DNA of 64,000 nt from Dimorphilus gyrociliatus (Eukaryota; Animalia; Annelida), in the NCBI GenBank assembly GCA_904063045.1, contig CAJFCJ010000002.1, forward strand, positions 62,001-126,000, in the 5' to 3' direction. Each line of letters opens with the position of its first letter. Positions within the stretch are counted from its first letter, which is position 1. Below the pieces are notes generated by a model. It saw nothing but the letters and a program-made list of their open reading frames with translations, was not told where the DNA came from and ran no database searches. The position numbers were made by a program, and so were the translations under genes. Shown piece after piece: positions 40,307 to 52,727 of this stretch.

Positions 40307-42352
40307 GAGTAAGAAGTTGAAAGAGAAAAAGAAAAGGGAAAAAGCCGCTTGTTCAAACTAGCCTAATTTTGGCCTTTCGGTCTAATAGAAAAACAGGTTG
40401 GGATTTCCGTAAAATGAGACGTCTTGAAAAAATTGAACAAATACAATGTTGTGGAATAGAGGTTCTTCAAAACCTTTTTCAGATAATAAAAAACAAGCTA
40501 AAAGGCGATTTAGAACAGATTTCTAATCCCGCTAAATACCGACAATCGGCGACCTTTAAATATTTCGGGTCTGTCGCCAAGCAACCCTTAAACCGGCTTC
40601 ATTTTTTTCTAGTTTAAACTAATTTTAGGCCTAAGAAAAAGACGTCGTTGGATTCGCATTAATCTTTCTTATCTCAAAACTACGAATTAACTCGACAGCA
40701 TCGAAATTCCCTTGTCGTCGAATCTAGAGATAAACAACTAAGCTAATTACCCCTTCCTCTTCACCTGTTCAACATATTTGATAAGAGAAAGAATTTGAGA
40801 AGAGAAAGGAAGAGATGGACTAGGGAGGGGAGGTCGTTTAGTAGATTAGCAGTGAAAGATAGATAGTGATAGAGAGAGAAAGAAAGGCAGCGATAAAAAA
40901 AAGGGGGAAAAGAAGAGAAAAAGGGTACAATGAAACTCTTTGTAAGGACCCTTTTTTTCTTATTTTCTCCTATTTTCCCCTTTTCTATGCACTAATTCAC
41001 GATTTACGACTTGACATTTTTTCGAAGCGCGTAACTTTTATGACGAACAATTTCCCTTATTCCCCCTTCTACGATATTCCTTCCCTTCCCGCCTTTCTTT
41101 CCACCCATTAACTCCTCCTACCTCAAAGAGGAAGAAGGGTGAATAGAAGAAAAACAAAAACGAGTTTCAACTCGTCGATTGAAAAACATCAGGCGTCGCC
41201 CGTCTCTTTTTCATCTTTCGATCGAAAATTCTATTCTAAAGTTACGAAGCAAAGTGCTAATGCAGATAATGATACCATTCTCTATTTTTACAGTATTATC
41301 TTTCGGTTACTGCAATAGTGGAGAAAATTTCATTTTTTTTTCATATTTGTGATTTCGATCGATATGAGCAATAAATAGTTAAAACTATTCATATATACAA
41401 AGACATACATATACAATATCTACAAGATATGTGTAAGAGTACAATGATAAAAACGTATTTCATATACGATATAGCCGGCGGCTATTTAAAAGAGTTGAAT
41501 ACATTTGCTATAGTAAAAATATATACTACGCACGTTTGGGGAATAAACTTGAATAAACTTGAATAAGATTTTTTTTTTTTTACTAATAGTCTTAAATACA
41601 TAATAAATTCCAAATCGACCTTTTCCGCCTCCTCTTTTTTTATTGTATATCCTTTAAACCTTTCGCGCGCGTTCTTTACTTTGAATAATTGTAATAATAA
41701 AACGGTGTTAAAAGAGAAAAAAAGTTGGGCAAACATATTGCATTTTTCTTTACAGTTGAAGGAGTCAGAGGAATGGCTCGATTACCAACTATTACGTAAA
41801 GTTTCCATCCAGCGTATGTTATTATGCAAATTAGATTATATATTAAAAGGACGTTATTTTTTTTTTAACCAACGCCTATTCCTCTCCCTTTACTTCCCCT
41901 TGTCCATCTTTTTCTAATAAATCTACTATTTAAATAACAATAAGAAGAAAATAAATCTTACCTTGCACGTTCACAAACGCTGTTCGGTTAAGTAAATCAT
42001 TCCCGTTTATGAAAATTTTGTAAAAAGCTCTATCAGATCGTCTTATCTTCTTTATAACTAATACGTATTTTAAAGTAGATCCGATAGATGTTTTTGTTAC
42101 TTCATAGTTAATATCTGTTGTAGACGTTAAGTCATTCCACGAGATTATCTTAACTTTGCCGTTAACAGGCTGTTGAATCCATTGCAAATCACTAGATGAT
42201 GATAAACCATCTATCTCAGCTGTTAACATCGTATTACTATTCACACTAACTGTCGTATTTTTCGGAAACCTTCTTATACTCAAAGAACAACATTTTCCCA
42301 TTAATACCATCATTACTACCGAAATACAACTAATAACATTATAAATTAGCAT
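26603..42352 (-). CDS. ed: Echinoid-like immunoglobulin-superfamily cell adhesion receptor (signal peptide, 7 Ig, FN3, FN-like, TM, short tail), 15 exons
   Basis: Phase-consistent exons 42352-41962, 38625-38323, 37418-37248, 33396-33280, 33124-32843, 30897-30631, 28729-28582, 28515-28307, 28237-28096, 28031-27595, 27535-27425, 27342-27199, 27135-26982, 26907-26783, 26706-26603. FN3 motif WTPGFDGGETQSF. Membrane-proximal IRVSFCSRHFKSICG resembles the Echinoid/Fred VRVKLC..H..CG segment (recalled). TM VIIIGIVSVSIVLILLIIVIFTII; C-terminus FYEVRV. Orthology to ed is not proven. Confidence 0.8.
40276..40303. repeat. (AG)n microsatellite in ed-like intron 1
   Basis: Visible AG run. Confidence 0.9.
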
Positions 42353-45300
42353 AGTTTTTCTTTTAGATTATAATAGTCCGATCTATAAATGTAGAATAAT
42401 TAAGTTTAAATTAATATTTTCTCTCCTCTCTTCTCTTCTCTCTATCTTCTAACTTCTTCTTCCTTTTTCGTTCGTAACAAAAGAGAGAATAAATTTTCGT
42501 TATTTAGTTCTCACACTGAAATCTCGATAGCGACTGAGTGTCGATCTATCTCGCTTCTCTTCAATAATAGGGGGCAACAAACGATTCTGATTGGCTAGAA
42601 ACTTATACTTGATTTTTTCGTTTAGCTGATAGGATAACGAAATATTTTGGAAGAAAGCGATGAAATTTTATGTTGTAGAATCCTATTGGAATTTTTATAT
42701 TAGTTCTCATAAAAAACTAAATAAAATAGCTACACACTTCATTAAGATTTATTTAAATTTATCTGTAATAAGGATTATACCCTTGTGAACAATAGATGGC
42801 GCCTATATAGAAAAAGCGACATCTTTTGCTAGACTATAACATATTGTTTGTAACTGAAGTTGCTTTTGGTCATTTTTTGTCATAGTAAGATCGATTCGTA
42901 CTCAGCCAAGTGACGTTATTTAAAAAAAAAACTTCATTAATATTTATGAAGTGTTTTTACTTGAAATATTCCTTTTATAGATGTCGATAGGTTTTTTTGT
43001 TCAGCAGAAATTTTACTCTTAATTGAACAGGTAAAAATATTCTAAAGGAACAATCTTATTAAAAAACCAGTATCCTTAATCCATGCAGTATGTTGTTCAG
43101 TAAAAATTCATATCGACCTGTGTTGACTACCCTCGCCAACACTCTTTTACACAATGGTCTAACTAACATGATACTAATGAGAAAAAGAAAGAAAACGCAA
43201 TAGCATTTTAACAGATGACGTTTACTATACAATCAAAGATAACCTTTTAAATCTAATACACACATATATGCATATATAATGTATACATACGTATATATAT
43301 ATATGTAAATTTATCTGGTATATTGCGTAAGAAACTCATTTTGTGTATAAATAATCAAAATGTTTCAATTATGCATTAGACAAATAGAGGGGCGGAAAGG
43401 GAAGTGGTAGGGAGAAGGGAAAACAAAAAATAAAAACAAGGCAAAACTTTAAGAAAATAAACTAAAAGGTTAAATTACCTAGTTTATTACTAAATACAGG
43501 ACTAATTATTAAATATTTACAATATTTCAACAATATATAACTCATATCCACCACAAGAGATGAATAAAATGAGTGAATTTTATACAATATATTACAGTTC
43601 GAAAAGGTTATTTATAGTAGAATCTCTAATTTTTATTCTTGAATTATTATATACAGTATATATGTATTCAATAGATAATATTATATAGGTTCAAGTGTTT
43701 TATTAAATAACCTTGCTTAGAAACCAACTTGTTAATCTTCTAAAATTACTATTCATAATAAAAAAGGACTACTTTTTTTTTATTTTCTTTTTTCTTGTGA
43801 ATAAGTCCCCTTTTCAGGACGAATAATGAAATTATATCAATATAAAATAAGACTTAATAAATAAAGGAAAAAATCATTGAAATTTTAGATATAATTCTTA
43901 CTTTATAGGCTACTTTAGCTATAATTATACTATCTCTCTTTTTAGCTTTGGGCCTCAAGATATTGCGTAGTAGATTATTTCATAAACAATTCTAACATAA
44001 AACTTTGAACAAATTGAAAAGAGAGAAAAACTAGAAATTCAAATACAAAGCATACATTGTATGTATGAAAGACGAAACCTTACATATATACATAAATAAA
44101 CAGTATATAATAGAGTAATAAAGAAATTTTTATTTAATAGAAGTACGCTGTGGAGAGAAACGATAAAGGAAAAAAGGAGATTTTGTTTACAAATAGCTTT
44201 TTTTTCCTTTTTCTTATTGACAAAACCATAAGAATTAAAGTAATTCTATTATTTCTATCGTTTTGTTATACAACATCATATATTAGAATATGTATACATG
44301 TATATGTATCCCTTATATATACAGTATATGTCAGGTGTAGTACTTACTCTGATATATTAGTGCATATAATATTTCAACACCGTTTTTCAATTATCTAATA
44401 AATAATACAGAAATTCAATACACTATATATACTTTTTATAGAAAGAAAAATAGTCTTTATCTTAAAAATCTATCGATAGATAATTATAAAAATATAATAG
44501 GATAAAAGAGAAAAGATTAAAACAATTTCCCATTTTTTTTATCATATCTATCATGATGAATATGATATATTATTAGTAATAAGATAATTAGTTTTCTTTT
44601 TCTTAATTAATTCAGTTTATTTAATTAGATTGTTTGATGGTAATTTACGTAATAGAGTATATACACTTCAAAATATAAATATTATATAAAAGTAATATAT
44701 ACATGCAGTATAGGAGTATATAATATATGTAGCATATATCATTTTTATCTATGCATTATACAGCAAATTCAATGAGATTTACAGGTAAAATTTGTACTAT
44801 AGACACATACATACAAACATCTATACTATATGTACGCTTTATATAAATATATATCCATTTTGATATTAATCCACAGCTTTCTTTAAGAAAATCAAAAATA
44901 TCTTAATGAATGATTTTTTTTCTTTGTCCTTTCATTATTTTCTTTTCTTTTTTTTGTTATTATTGTTTTTTAGATTAATTATAAACATATCAATTATATC
45001 TTAATCAATAAAGTATTTATAGACATATTTCCAGTTTAAAACAAAAACAATTGAGTATATTTTTATTTTAATACCTTTTAGCTTAAACCAATAGTTGAAT
45101 GTTTGGTTTGATCACGTGACTACTATAAATTAAATATCGTTAAGCACGCTAGGTTATTTACAGAAAATAAAGGATAAATTTAATCGAGTATACTGTTATA
45201 TACAATATCGTATTATAGAGACATTTTACAAGGCCTATTTGGACCTTCTTTTCTGTCAATCTATACATAATATAATAGGACCAAATGAACAGACACTTAA

Positions 45301-45579
45301 AGTGTGGTAAATGTCCTCGTAATTGAATTCGAGTTGAACATATGTCCGCTTAACCAGCTTTGATAATTGACCAGACTCTAGGCCTACGTTCCGATAAACA
45401 ACACATGCCGAACATTTACTCTTTGAGTTTTGATTAGCGATCAGCTTTAATTTCTTTTACTATTGAAATGTGGAATATAAATTATTTATTCGCGTTTACA
45501 TAGTACGGACGTCTAAAGATAGGCGGCATTGCAGTCGTAGTTAATACCACGCCCTTTTTTAGTATATCGGACGGCTAAA

Positions 45580-47999
45580 ATGACGCCGGAAACTACTGAA
45601 CGAGCTCATCTCTTAACTGAGGCCGTGTATAGAGTAAGTAAAATAATATTCCTAATTTGTCGAAAATTTATATGTCTTTATCGTTCAATTTTTCCTCGTC
45701 TAAATAGTTGTTTTATAAATTTTAAAGAGATTATCATTTCTGAACTGTATTCTATCTCTTCTCCCCTCCCTTCCGCCCCCTCCTCTATCTCTCTCTCTCC
45801 CTCTCTACATGTATATATTTATACACAGGTGTGTGTATGTGACCATATACTTGTTTCCCCATTCTGTCTATATAGTTCGACGTCTTTCATTATACATGAT
45901 GTCACCGCTTAATCATAACATTTTCATTTCAATAACGTTTTACTAATCATATTATTTTATTTCATAATTTACAGAATATGCACGAGCATCTCTTACCCGG
46001 AATAAAACAGTTAATTTCAAGTACAAAGGCCTACCAAAAGGCTATGCATGGTAAAAAAAATTAACCAGTTTCCTTTTAGTTCATTAGAATAATTTTATTT
46101 TCAATATAATAATTGATAATGTATTATAAATAGAAAGTATAATACATCTACTATAAGCTTTATATAAAATATTATTAATATTAGCCATAAAAAGGATATA
46201 CTTGAAGTATATTTAAAAAAAAAAACAGGCGTTACTACCTCCTGCAAATCGTTTGTTGACGCCCTTTACTCTTTGGCGCATATTACTCAGGCTGGACGGG
46301 GAGCAAGTCTCGATGTTGGTGAGGAAATCTTATATAATTTCGTAATATTAAATATAAAACGTAATACCTAACGCATAAATGATGTATATATATATATATC
46401 AACATGAAAAAGTTGGATATAATGTACTGTGTATATACACGAATACACAATGAAAGGAACTATAGGCCTATGTTAGTCAACTGTAACGGCTATGGCATTG
46501 ATTGCTGCATATAGCCGGCGCGTGTTGCTGTAGCGATGAGTAAATAGGCCTGTACGATGATTTTTTTTTACAGGTGGTGCTTTACTACAAATAGCCGAAG
46601 TTCACAAGGAAATCAATAATAATATCCTAGATAACGTACGTAGTTTGTTAGTTAACAATTTTATTTTAAATCAACGCTTAAAACTTTGTAGATAAAAACA
46701 TTCGAAAGTGAACTTGTAGCTTCGCTCGAGTATAGTCTTGCTTCGACTGAACCTACCCCTCAGACTGTCTTGAAACGTTACACAGCATCTCATAAGATAG
46801 CTTGTACTTCAAGAGACAAACTATATTCTAACTTGAGAAAACATAGAAAGCGATCAAAATCCTCCAAGTTCGGAGGAATAGACCCTAAGCAAGCGCAAAT
46901 AGAACGAGACTTGAATGACGCTCAGGCACGCCTGGACAATTTTCGTGTTCAAAGTTTAAAATCGGCATTTTTAAGTGAGCGAAGATGGAGCTGTAATCTT
47001 CTTAATAGAATATTGAATATAATTAGATCAACAGCTTCTCTACACAGCAAATCACATGAGTTACTAACACATAGACTGCCAGAATGGACGTCAATTGGAT
47101 CAATGTGGCAAAAGTTACCAGAATCGTCTGAATCTTTCTTAATGAACTTTGCTCATCCTTTGAACGTTTCCCAAACAAATGGCGTTTCTTCTCCCCATCC
47201 ACACTCCAATTCGAGTCAGCAAAACGAAGAGGTATACTCTTCACCCAGTGAACAAGAGCCTGATAGTTCGACAGCCGATTACGAGCATGCCGAATTCGCA
47301 AGATCTAAGGCTAGAAGACCTTATGAGGATGATTGGAAAAAAGTTCGCGCTGTATATTCCTTTACAGCAGGGAATTCTGGTACACAACTATCAATAGCGG
47401 AAGGTGACGTAATTAATGTCGTTGCGGGATCTAATAGGGGAGGTGGCTGGTTGTATGGACAGAATGAGAGAAGTAACTTGATGGGCTGGTTCCCTGCATC
47501 GTTCACAGTACCGGCTGATGGAGTATCGAGCGCTAATAGAGTTAAAAGTCTGGGAGACCTGGCAACATTGCCCAACACTTACATCGATCCGGAAAGTGGA
47601 CATGCTCATACTTCGTCGTCAACACCGCACACCTCAAGAAGAAATACTGGAACAAATACACCGCGACATGAAAAACAAGAAAAGCATGAAATTTACATAG
47701 TTAGGCCTGAGCGGCCACCGCCCATACCGCCTACACAGTCTGATGGTCCACCAGCTCCACCCCCACCACCTCCTCCTCCCGACATTAATGGAATTGTTAA
47801 TAATGCTCACAACCATAGAGGATCATTTACCCCGTCGCCGCCAAATAGCAGTTCTGGTTATTCGGGTACAAGTGCTCTACCGCCACCACCACCTATAATA
47901 CATCAAGAGGAGGAACCACCCCCTGTAAATAATCCGTTTACCAGTGTGACACTGAGAAAAACAGTCACTAACGACCGTTCAGCACCAAAGATAAGATAA
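45580..47999 (+). CDS. BAIAP2: IRSp53/IRTKS family I-BAR (IMD)-SH3-WH2 adaptor, 5 exons
   Basis: Exons 45580-45633, 45975-46050, 46229-46318, 46574-46635, 46692-47999 are in frame. IMD helices (KSFVDALYSLA..GASLDVGGALLQIAEVHKEI), SH3 (VRAVYSF..QLSIAEGDVI..GWLYG..GWFPASFT), and C-terminus NPFTSVTLRKTVTNDRSAPKIR matching the BAIAP2L1/BAIAP2 tail. Confidence 0.92.
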
Positions 48000-48332
48000 A
48001 CGAGAGATTTTTCTTTTTTTTTTGTTTTTAATATATTGAGTGTCTTGTTTTTCCTTGGTGTTTTCATTACCAGGAGAGTCTATTCTTTAATTATAATTTT
48101 ATTTTGCTTGCAGAAGAAAAATCCTTTTTGAATTTGTATTACTTGTTAAAACTTATTATATGTTCCTATGCATAGATAAGTTATCAATTATTTAATGATA
48201 TAAGATTGTATCAGATTTTTTCGACACGAGTGCAGTTTGTTCTTTTATATTTGCAGTTTCTGAGAAATACACATATATAAAAAGGTGTGTATACATACAT
48301 ATATATATGAAAAAAAGTGATTGCTTTTAGAA

Positions 48333-48335
48333 AGA

Positions 48336-48374
<39 letters not shown>
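48333..48374. repeat. (AG)n microsatellite between BAIAP2 and Pal
   Basis: Visible AG run. Confidence 0.9.
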
Positions 48375-48377
<3 letters not shown>

Positions 48378-49579
48378 GAAAGAAATGTGAGAAAGATATA
48401 AGAGTAAAATAGGTAAGAGAATGGAATGTTCAATAATTCAATGACCGCTCAATAATTTTCTATTGCGCCCCTTTAGCTTTTATAGATAATTTTTCTTTTA
48501 ATTGCCTTCCTTCTGAGCATATCATTATTTTGGCGTTTTTTCCTTCAATACAAATAAATAACAAAATATTCTCTATATCATGATATAATGAGGTCTACAG
48601 AGAATATTTACACGATAAATATTGAATGTTGTATCTATCTTCTCTTGTACTTTTTGCGCATTACAATGTATTTTAACAAGCGGCAAAAATAATTATATGC
48701 AAATTAAAAGGCTCAGGAATAGGCGTTGATAATTTGGTAAGAAATACTTTATTTATTTCTGTTATATTGGTAATCTGAATTAAGAACCTCCCAGGTTCAA
48801 TTTTAATATTGAATATCTTAATTATTTAATATATTTCTTCTCTTAACGTTAAGCCTAACTATCTTTTATTCGATAATTTGCAATTGTTGAAAATAAAATC
48901 GACATATTCTATTCGATTTTTTTTCTGTTGTCGATTGCAAAATATAAAATAAAATTAATAGCTTTAACAAAAGATAGGAAGAGAAAGAGGTCTCCTTTTG
49001 CACTAAAGCGAAACGCCCTACCGTCAGCTAGACCTAACAGAAATGTTGAAATGGAGAGACTTTTATTCGCGAGTACAAAACTTAAATGAGATGTTTTTTT
49101 TTTTTGTTATTAAGTATTTATACATTTTCTTCACAAAATGAAGCATCATTTAGACTGATTATTAAAGGGGGGATTATTCTAATTGGGTATACGAGTACTT
49201 AGGATTATTAATTTTTATTCATCTTATTTCTTTTTACAGAGACAAAAAGATAGATAGATAGATAAATAAAGAAATTTCTCTTTTTGTTGTTAACAGATTT
49301 TTGGATACATTTGGCATTGTATTCCTTTTTTTTAAATTATGCAAAGAGGAGAAAAAGGAGATTTGTCAGTGGACAAGACATTTTTTTTTTAAAGAAAAAA
49401 GTCTTATGCGAAGTGAATCTTTGTCACTTCTCTTAAAATTCACCACGCTTCATTATTATTGTATATAATCATGTAATATAGCATATAAACAATGTCTATA
49501 GTCTATAAATATAGACAAGTGCATATACTATGTAATTATATAGTACATAAGAAGAAATGTATCTTTATGATTTATCTTC

Positions 49580-52050
49580 TTACATATAACTTTTCTTTAC
49601 AATTTCCATATCTTGTTCTTCTTTAATTTTGCCATTATCATTTAGTAAAACATCTTTAAAGACAACGGCCTTATGTGTTAATTTATGCAGATTCTTTGAA
49701 CCAGCTTCGGTTTTTAGCTCTCCGACATAAACGCTGCTTTCGTCAAGTGACACTGCTAAGTCGTGAGGACTTTGGAATTTCTAAAATTATTTTACAAACA
49801 AAATTAACATAAACTTTTTAATTATAAAACATTCCGCAAACCTTTTCTGGAGACCATAGAGAAACAATACCGTAAGACCACACTCCCCTTTCATCCTCAC
49901 CCAATTCAATAGTCATACCGATTGGAGCTAGGCGTTCAGAGTTTCCACTAACAGCGTACAGTCTTCCTGTAAATTATAACAGAAAATGAGCATATTGTTT
50001 GTTTTCTTAAATTTTGATACAAATTGTTTCTTTCAACAATTCTCTCTCATTCTTTTTTTTTTTTACAATTTGTTTCTTTTATTCTTTTAGAAAAGGAAAT
50101 AAATGAACAATTAATTTTATAAACTTCCCCTTCTACTGTTACTTTCCTTCAATGTTTTTGATATCTTTTTTACATAATTATTATTATGAACACTGGCACA
50201 ATGAACAAAAGAGGAAATGAGTTTCTTTTTAAAGTATCATAATTTGAGCAAACTTTCTCTCTCTCTCTCTCTCTTTTAGTGAATTTTAAATGATAAGTGA
50301 GTTTTTTAACCTTTTTGCTAAGATATTTATGATTGTTTTTCTTTTCTAGAAACAGAATAAAAACAACTGTTCATAGAAATAAAGCTGATTTGATAACATT
50401 AACTGCCATCTGGTGGTTAATTTGTAAGAATGGGAAAAGGAGTTTTTAAACAATGAGATAAACGAGCACGTTCTGCTCTCTGTCTAACTCTAATCTTGTT
50501 ACATTTTCTAGAATTTATTTTATTTTTAACCTACCGTTGGACCCAAATTCAATTGCAAAGACCCTGCCAACATTCTCATTGATTTGTCCAATCTTTAGAC
50601 CTGTGTAGGCTTTATCCCTTATTCCGGCTTTATAACAGGTTATCCTAGGAAAGGAAACAAAGCAACTTTAACTTAATACATCTATTGAATTTATTATGAA
50701 AACAGAATAAAGAATATATGTTTCATTTTCAAACCTTTCATGTTCTCTATCAGCAACGCAGATAATGTCAAGATCTTCGTTAATTGCTAGACTGTGTGGG
50801 ATGGCAAAATCACCCTCTCCTATAATTCCAATTAAATTTCCATCCGGACTATATTTCAGTACACGACTATTGCAGTATCTGTTTTAGAAATTATTACATA
50901 GCTTCAAATAACCAGTATGCAATTACAAAATTACAGGACACTAAATGTAGACAAATGTTACATTAAGCAAAGAGCTTCAATATAAATAGATAAATCATGA
51001 TTTTGTCCTAAAATAACAATCTCTCTTCTTCTCTTACATTATACATAAAGTATAAATATCCTTTGATAATAAATTATTTACCCATCGCTTACGAAGAATT
51101 CTCCATTTGAAGCAACAGCAACGTCAGTTGGTTTGCAGAAATTTTTTAAATCTTGATTATCTTTTGCTGGTACAAAAGCTGTTCCAAGCGTGAGCGTAGG
51201 TTTCTCCTCTCCCTTGTTTATTTTAAATACTTGATGCCTGGCTACGTCAGTCAGCCAGTAATTGCCATCTTTATCAATTGTTAATCCATGCGGCATATAG
51301 TATCTGGAAAATACAATGATGTATTGCTCTTATAAATGAACGAAAGATTACAGAAGATTCCATATATTGCTAAATTGCTGTCTATAGTTGCAATTATAAT
51401 TATTATTAATCTATAGTTAATCTTATTTATAGCTTATTCATATATGTTGAAAATAATTAATGACTGCTTACTCATTTTCACCAAAGGATTTGAGGATTTT
51501 TCCACTTGGATCAACCACCATTAAAGTGGGGCTAGATATTGGTCCTTCGTTCTTTTTCAAATAGGTTCCGTTCTTTGAAAAATCACTATAAAATAGAAAA
51601 AGAAGAAATTAGAGTGATTGATTTGAAACCTTTAAAGATTTGTTTTATTTACTCTAATTTCCAGATTCTCTCGGCCCGATGAAAAACACCCAATAGACCA
51701 TTTCTATCTACAGCGAGTCCGCCAACCTCTCCTGAAGGAACGTTCCACTTAGTGTCCTCATGCAGATCAAGGTCATTTTCTTCCCCTTCTACAGTTTCTT
51801 CAACTTCTGATACATATGATGGCTTTCCCTCCAAATTGTCACCAAAAAATTCTTTCATCAGCTGTTCAACAAGATTGGAAATGAAAACACATAACAAAAA
51901 CAAAGACTAAAATAAAGTATGAACAATATGGTCCTGTAAGAGATGATATAAATTAAATACCTCGTCTAGATTCTCTTTTCCATGATATTGCGGCCAACTG
52001 GAGGAGAGTTCAACCAACGCCAGCGAAATCAGAACGAATTTCCACATCAT
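49580..52050 (-). CDS. Pal: Monofunctional peptidyl-alpha-hydroxyglycine alpha-amidating lyase (PAL), secreted, about 8 exons
   Basis: Signal peptide MMWKFVLISLALVELSSSW; VGGLAVD..VFHRA; MPHGLTID..WLTDVARHQVFK; FCKPTDVAV..FFVSDGYCNSR (catalytic Tyr); IPHSL; CVADREHER; FQSPHDLAVS. No PHM domain and no TM segment were found. The exact 3' end is uncertain. Confidence 0.9.
50401..50417 (-). promoter_or_regulatory. CTCF-like motif ACCACCAGATGGCAGTT (PAL intron)
   Basis: Close match to the CTCF core CCACCAGRKGGCR. Motif match only. Confidence 0.5.
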
Positions 52051-52727
52051 CGTGAATGCTGTGGAATATTCGCTCAACTACTGTATATGTGACGCCATAA
52101 GCGTCTAATATCGATCTTTTTACGTCAGAAATACATTATAGCTGTATTCCAATAGATGGCGAACTCGTAAATAAGCCAAAACCATATAAGGCTCCATCTA
52201 TAATGTTGTGTTCGGACTTAGATGGTCTGAGCATATTAAATGCTTATTCTATTTTGTTGTAGTTATTGTTATACTACGCTATATAGGACTTTGAAAATAA
52301 AATAATGGCCCAGTTATTATATAGTTTTCAATATTGAAAAAGTAGGTTATAGTTATCCTAGGAACAGTGCTGCACTTATTCATTTCACAAAGTACCCGAT
52401 GATAATGATGGAAGTCTTGATATAACATTACCAAATCGGCAACATTTACGGTAATTAAGTCAAAACTGGCAGATGAACAGCTGTGTACATTGAAATTTGC
52501 TCTGTTTGTAAATGTTTGAAAGAATAATCGATGTGAATGCATAAAATTGTATAAAAAAGAAATATAGGCTTAACAAAGCATTTCGACTAAAAATCCAACA
52601 TATTTTTTCAGATGGCAAGATGACTAAGCGAAGTTTTAAAACTTTTAACTCGTTATGAATTTAGATTTGTTAATATTTGTGTCGCAGAAAATTTCATATT
52701 AAACAACAATTTTCATCTGCTATAATT

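Noticed and set aside
40054-41111. ORFs rich in SL/ER repeats
   Set aside because: Artefacts of (AG)n/(CT)n microsatellites.
43070-43078. GTATCCTT resembling a U12 5' splice site
   Set aside because: No host exon and no U12 branch site downstream.
43057-43169. 37-codon minus-strand ORF (MLVRPLCKRVLARVV...)
   Set aside because: Too short, with no plausible downstream exon or homology.
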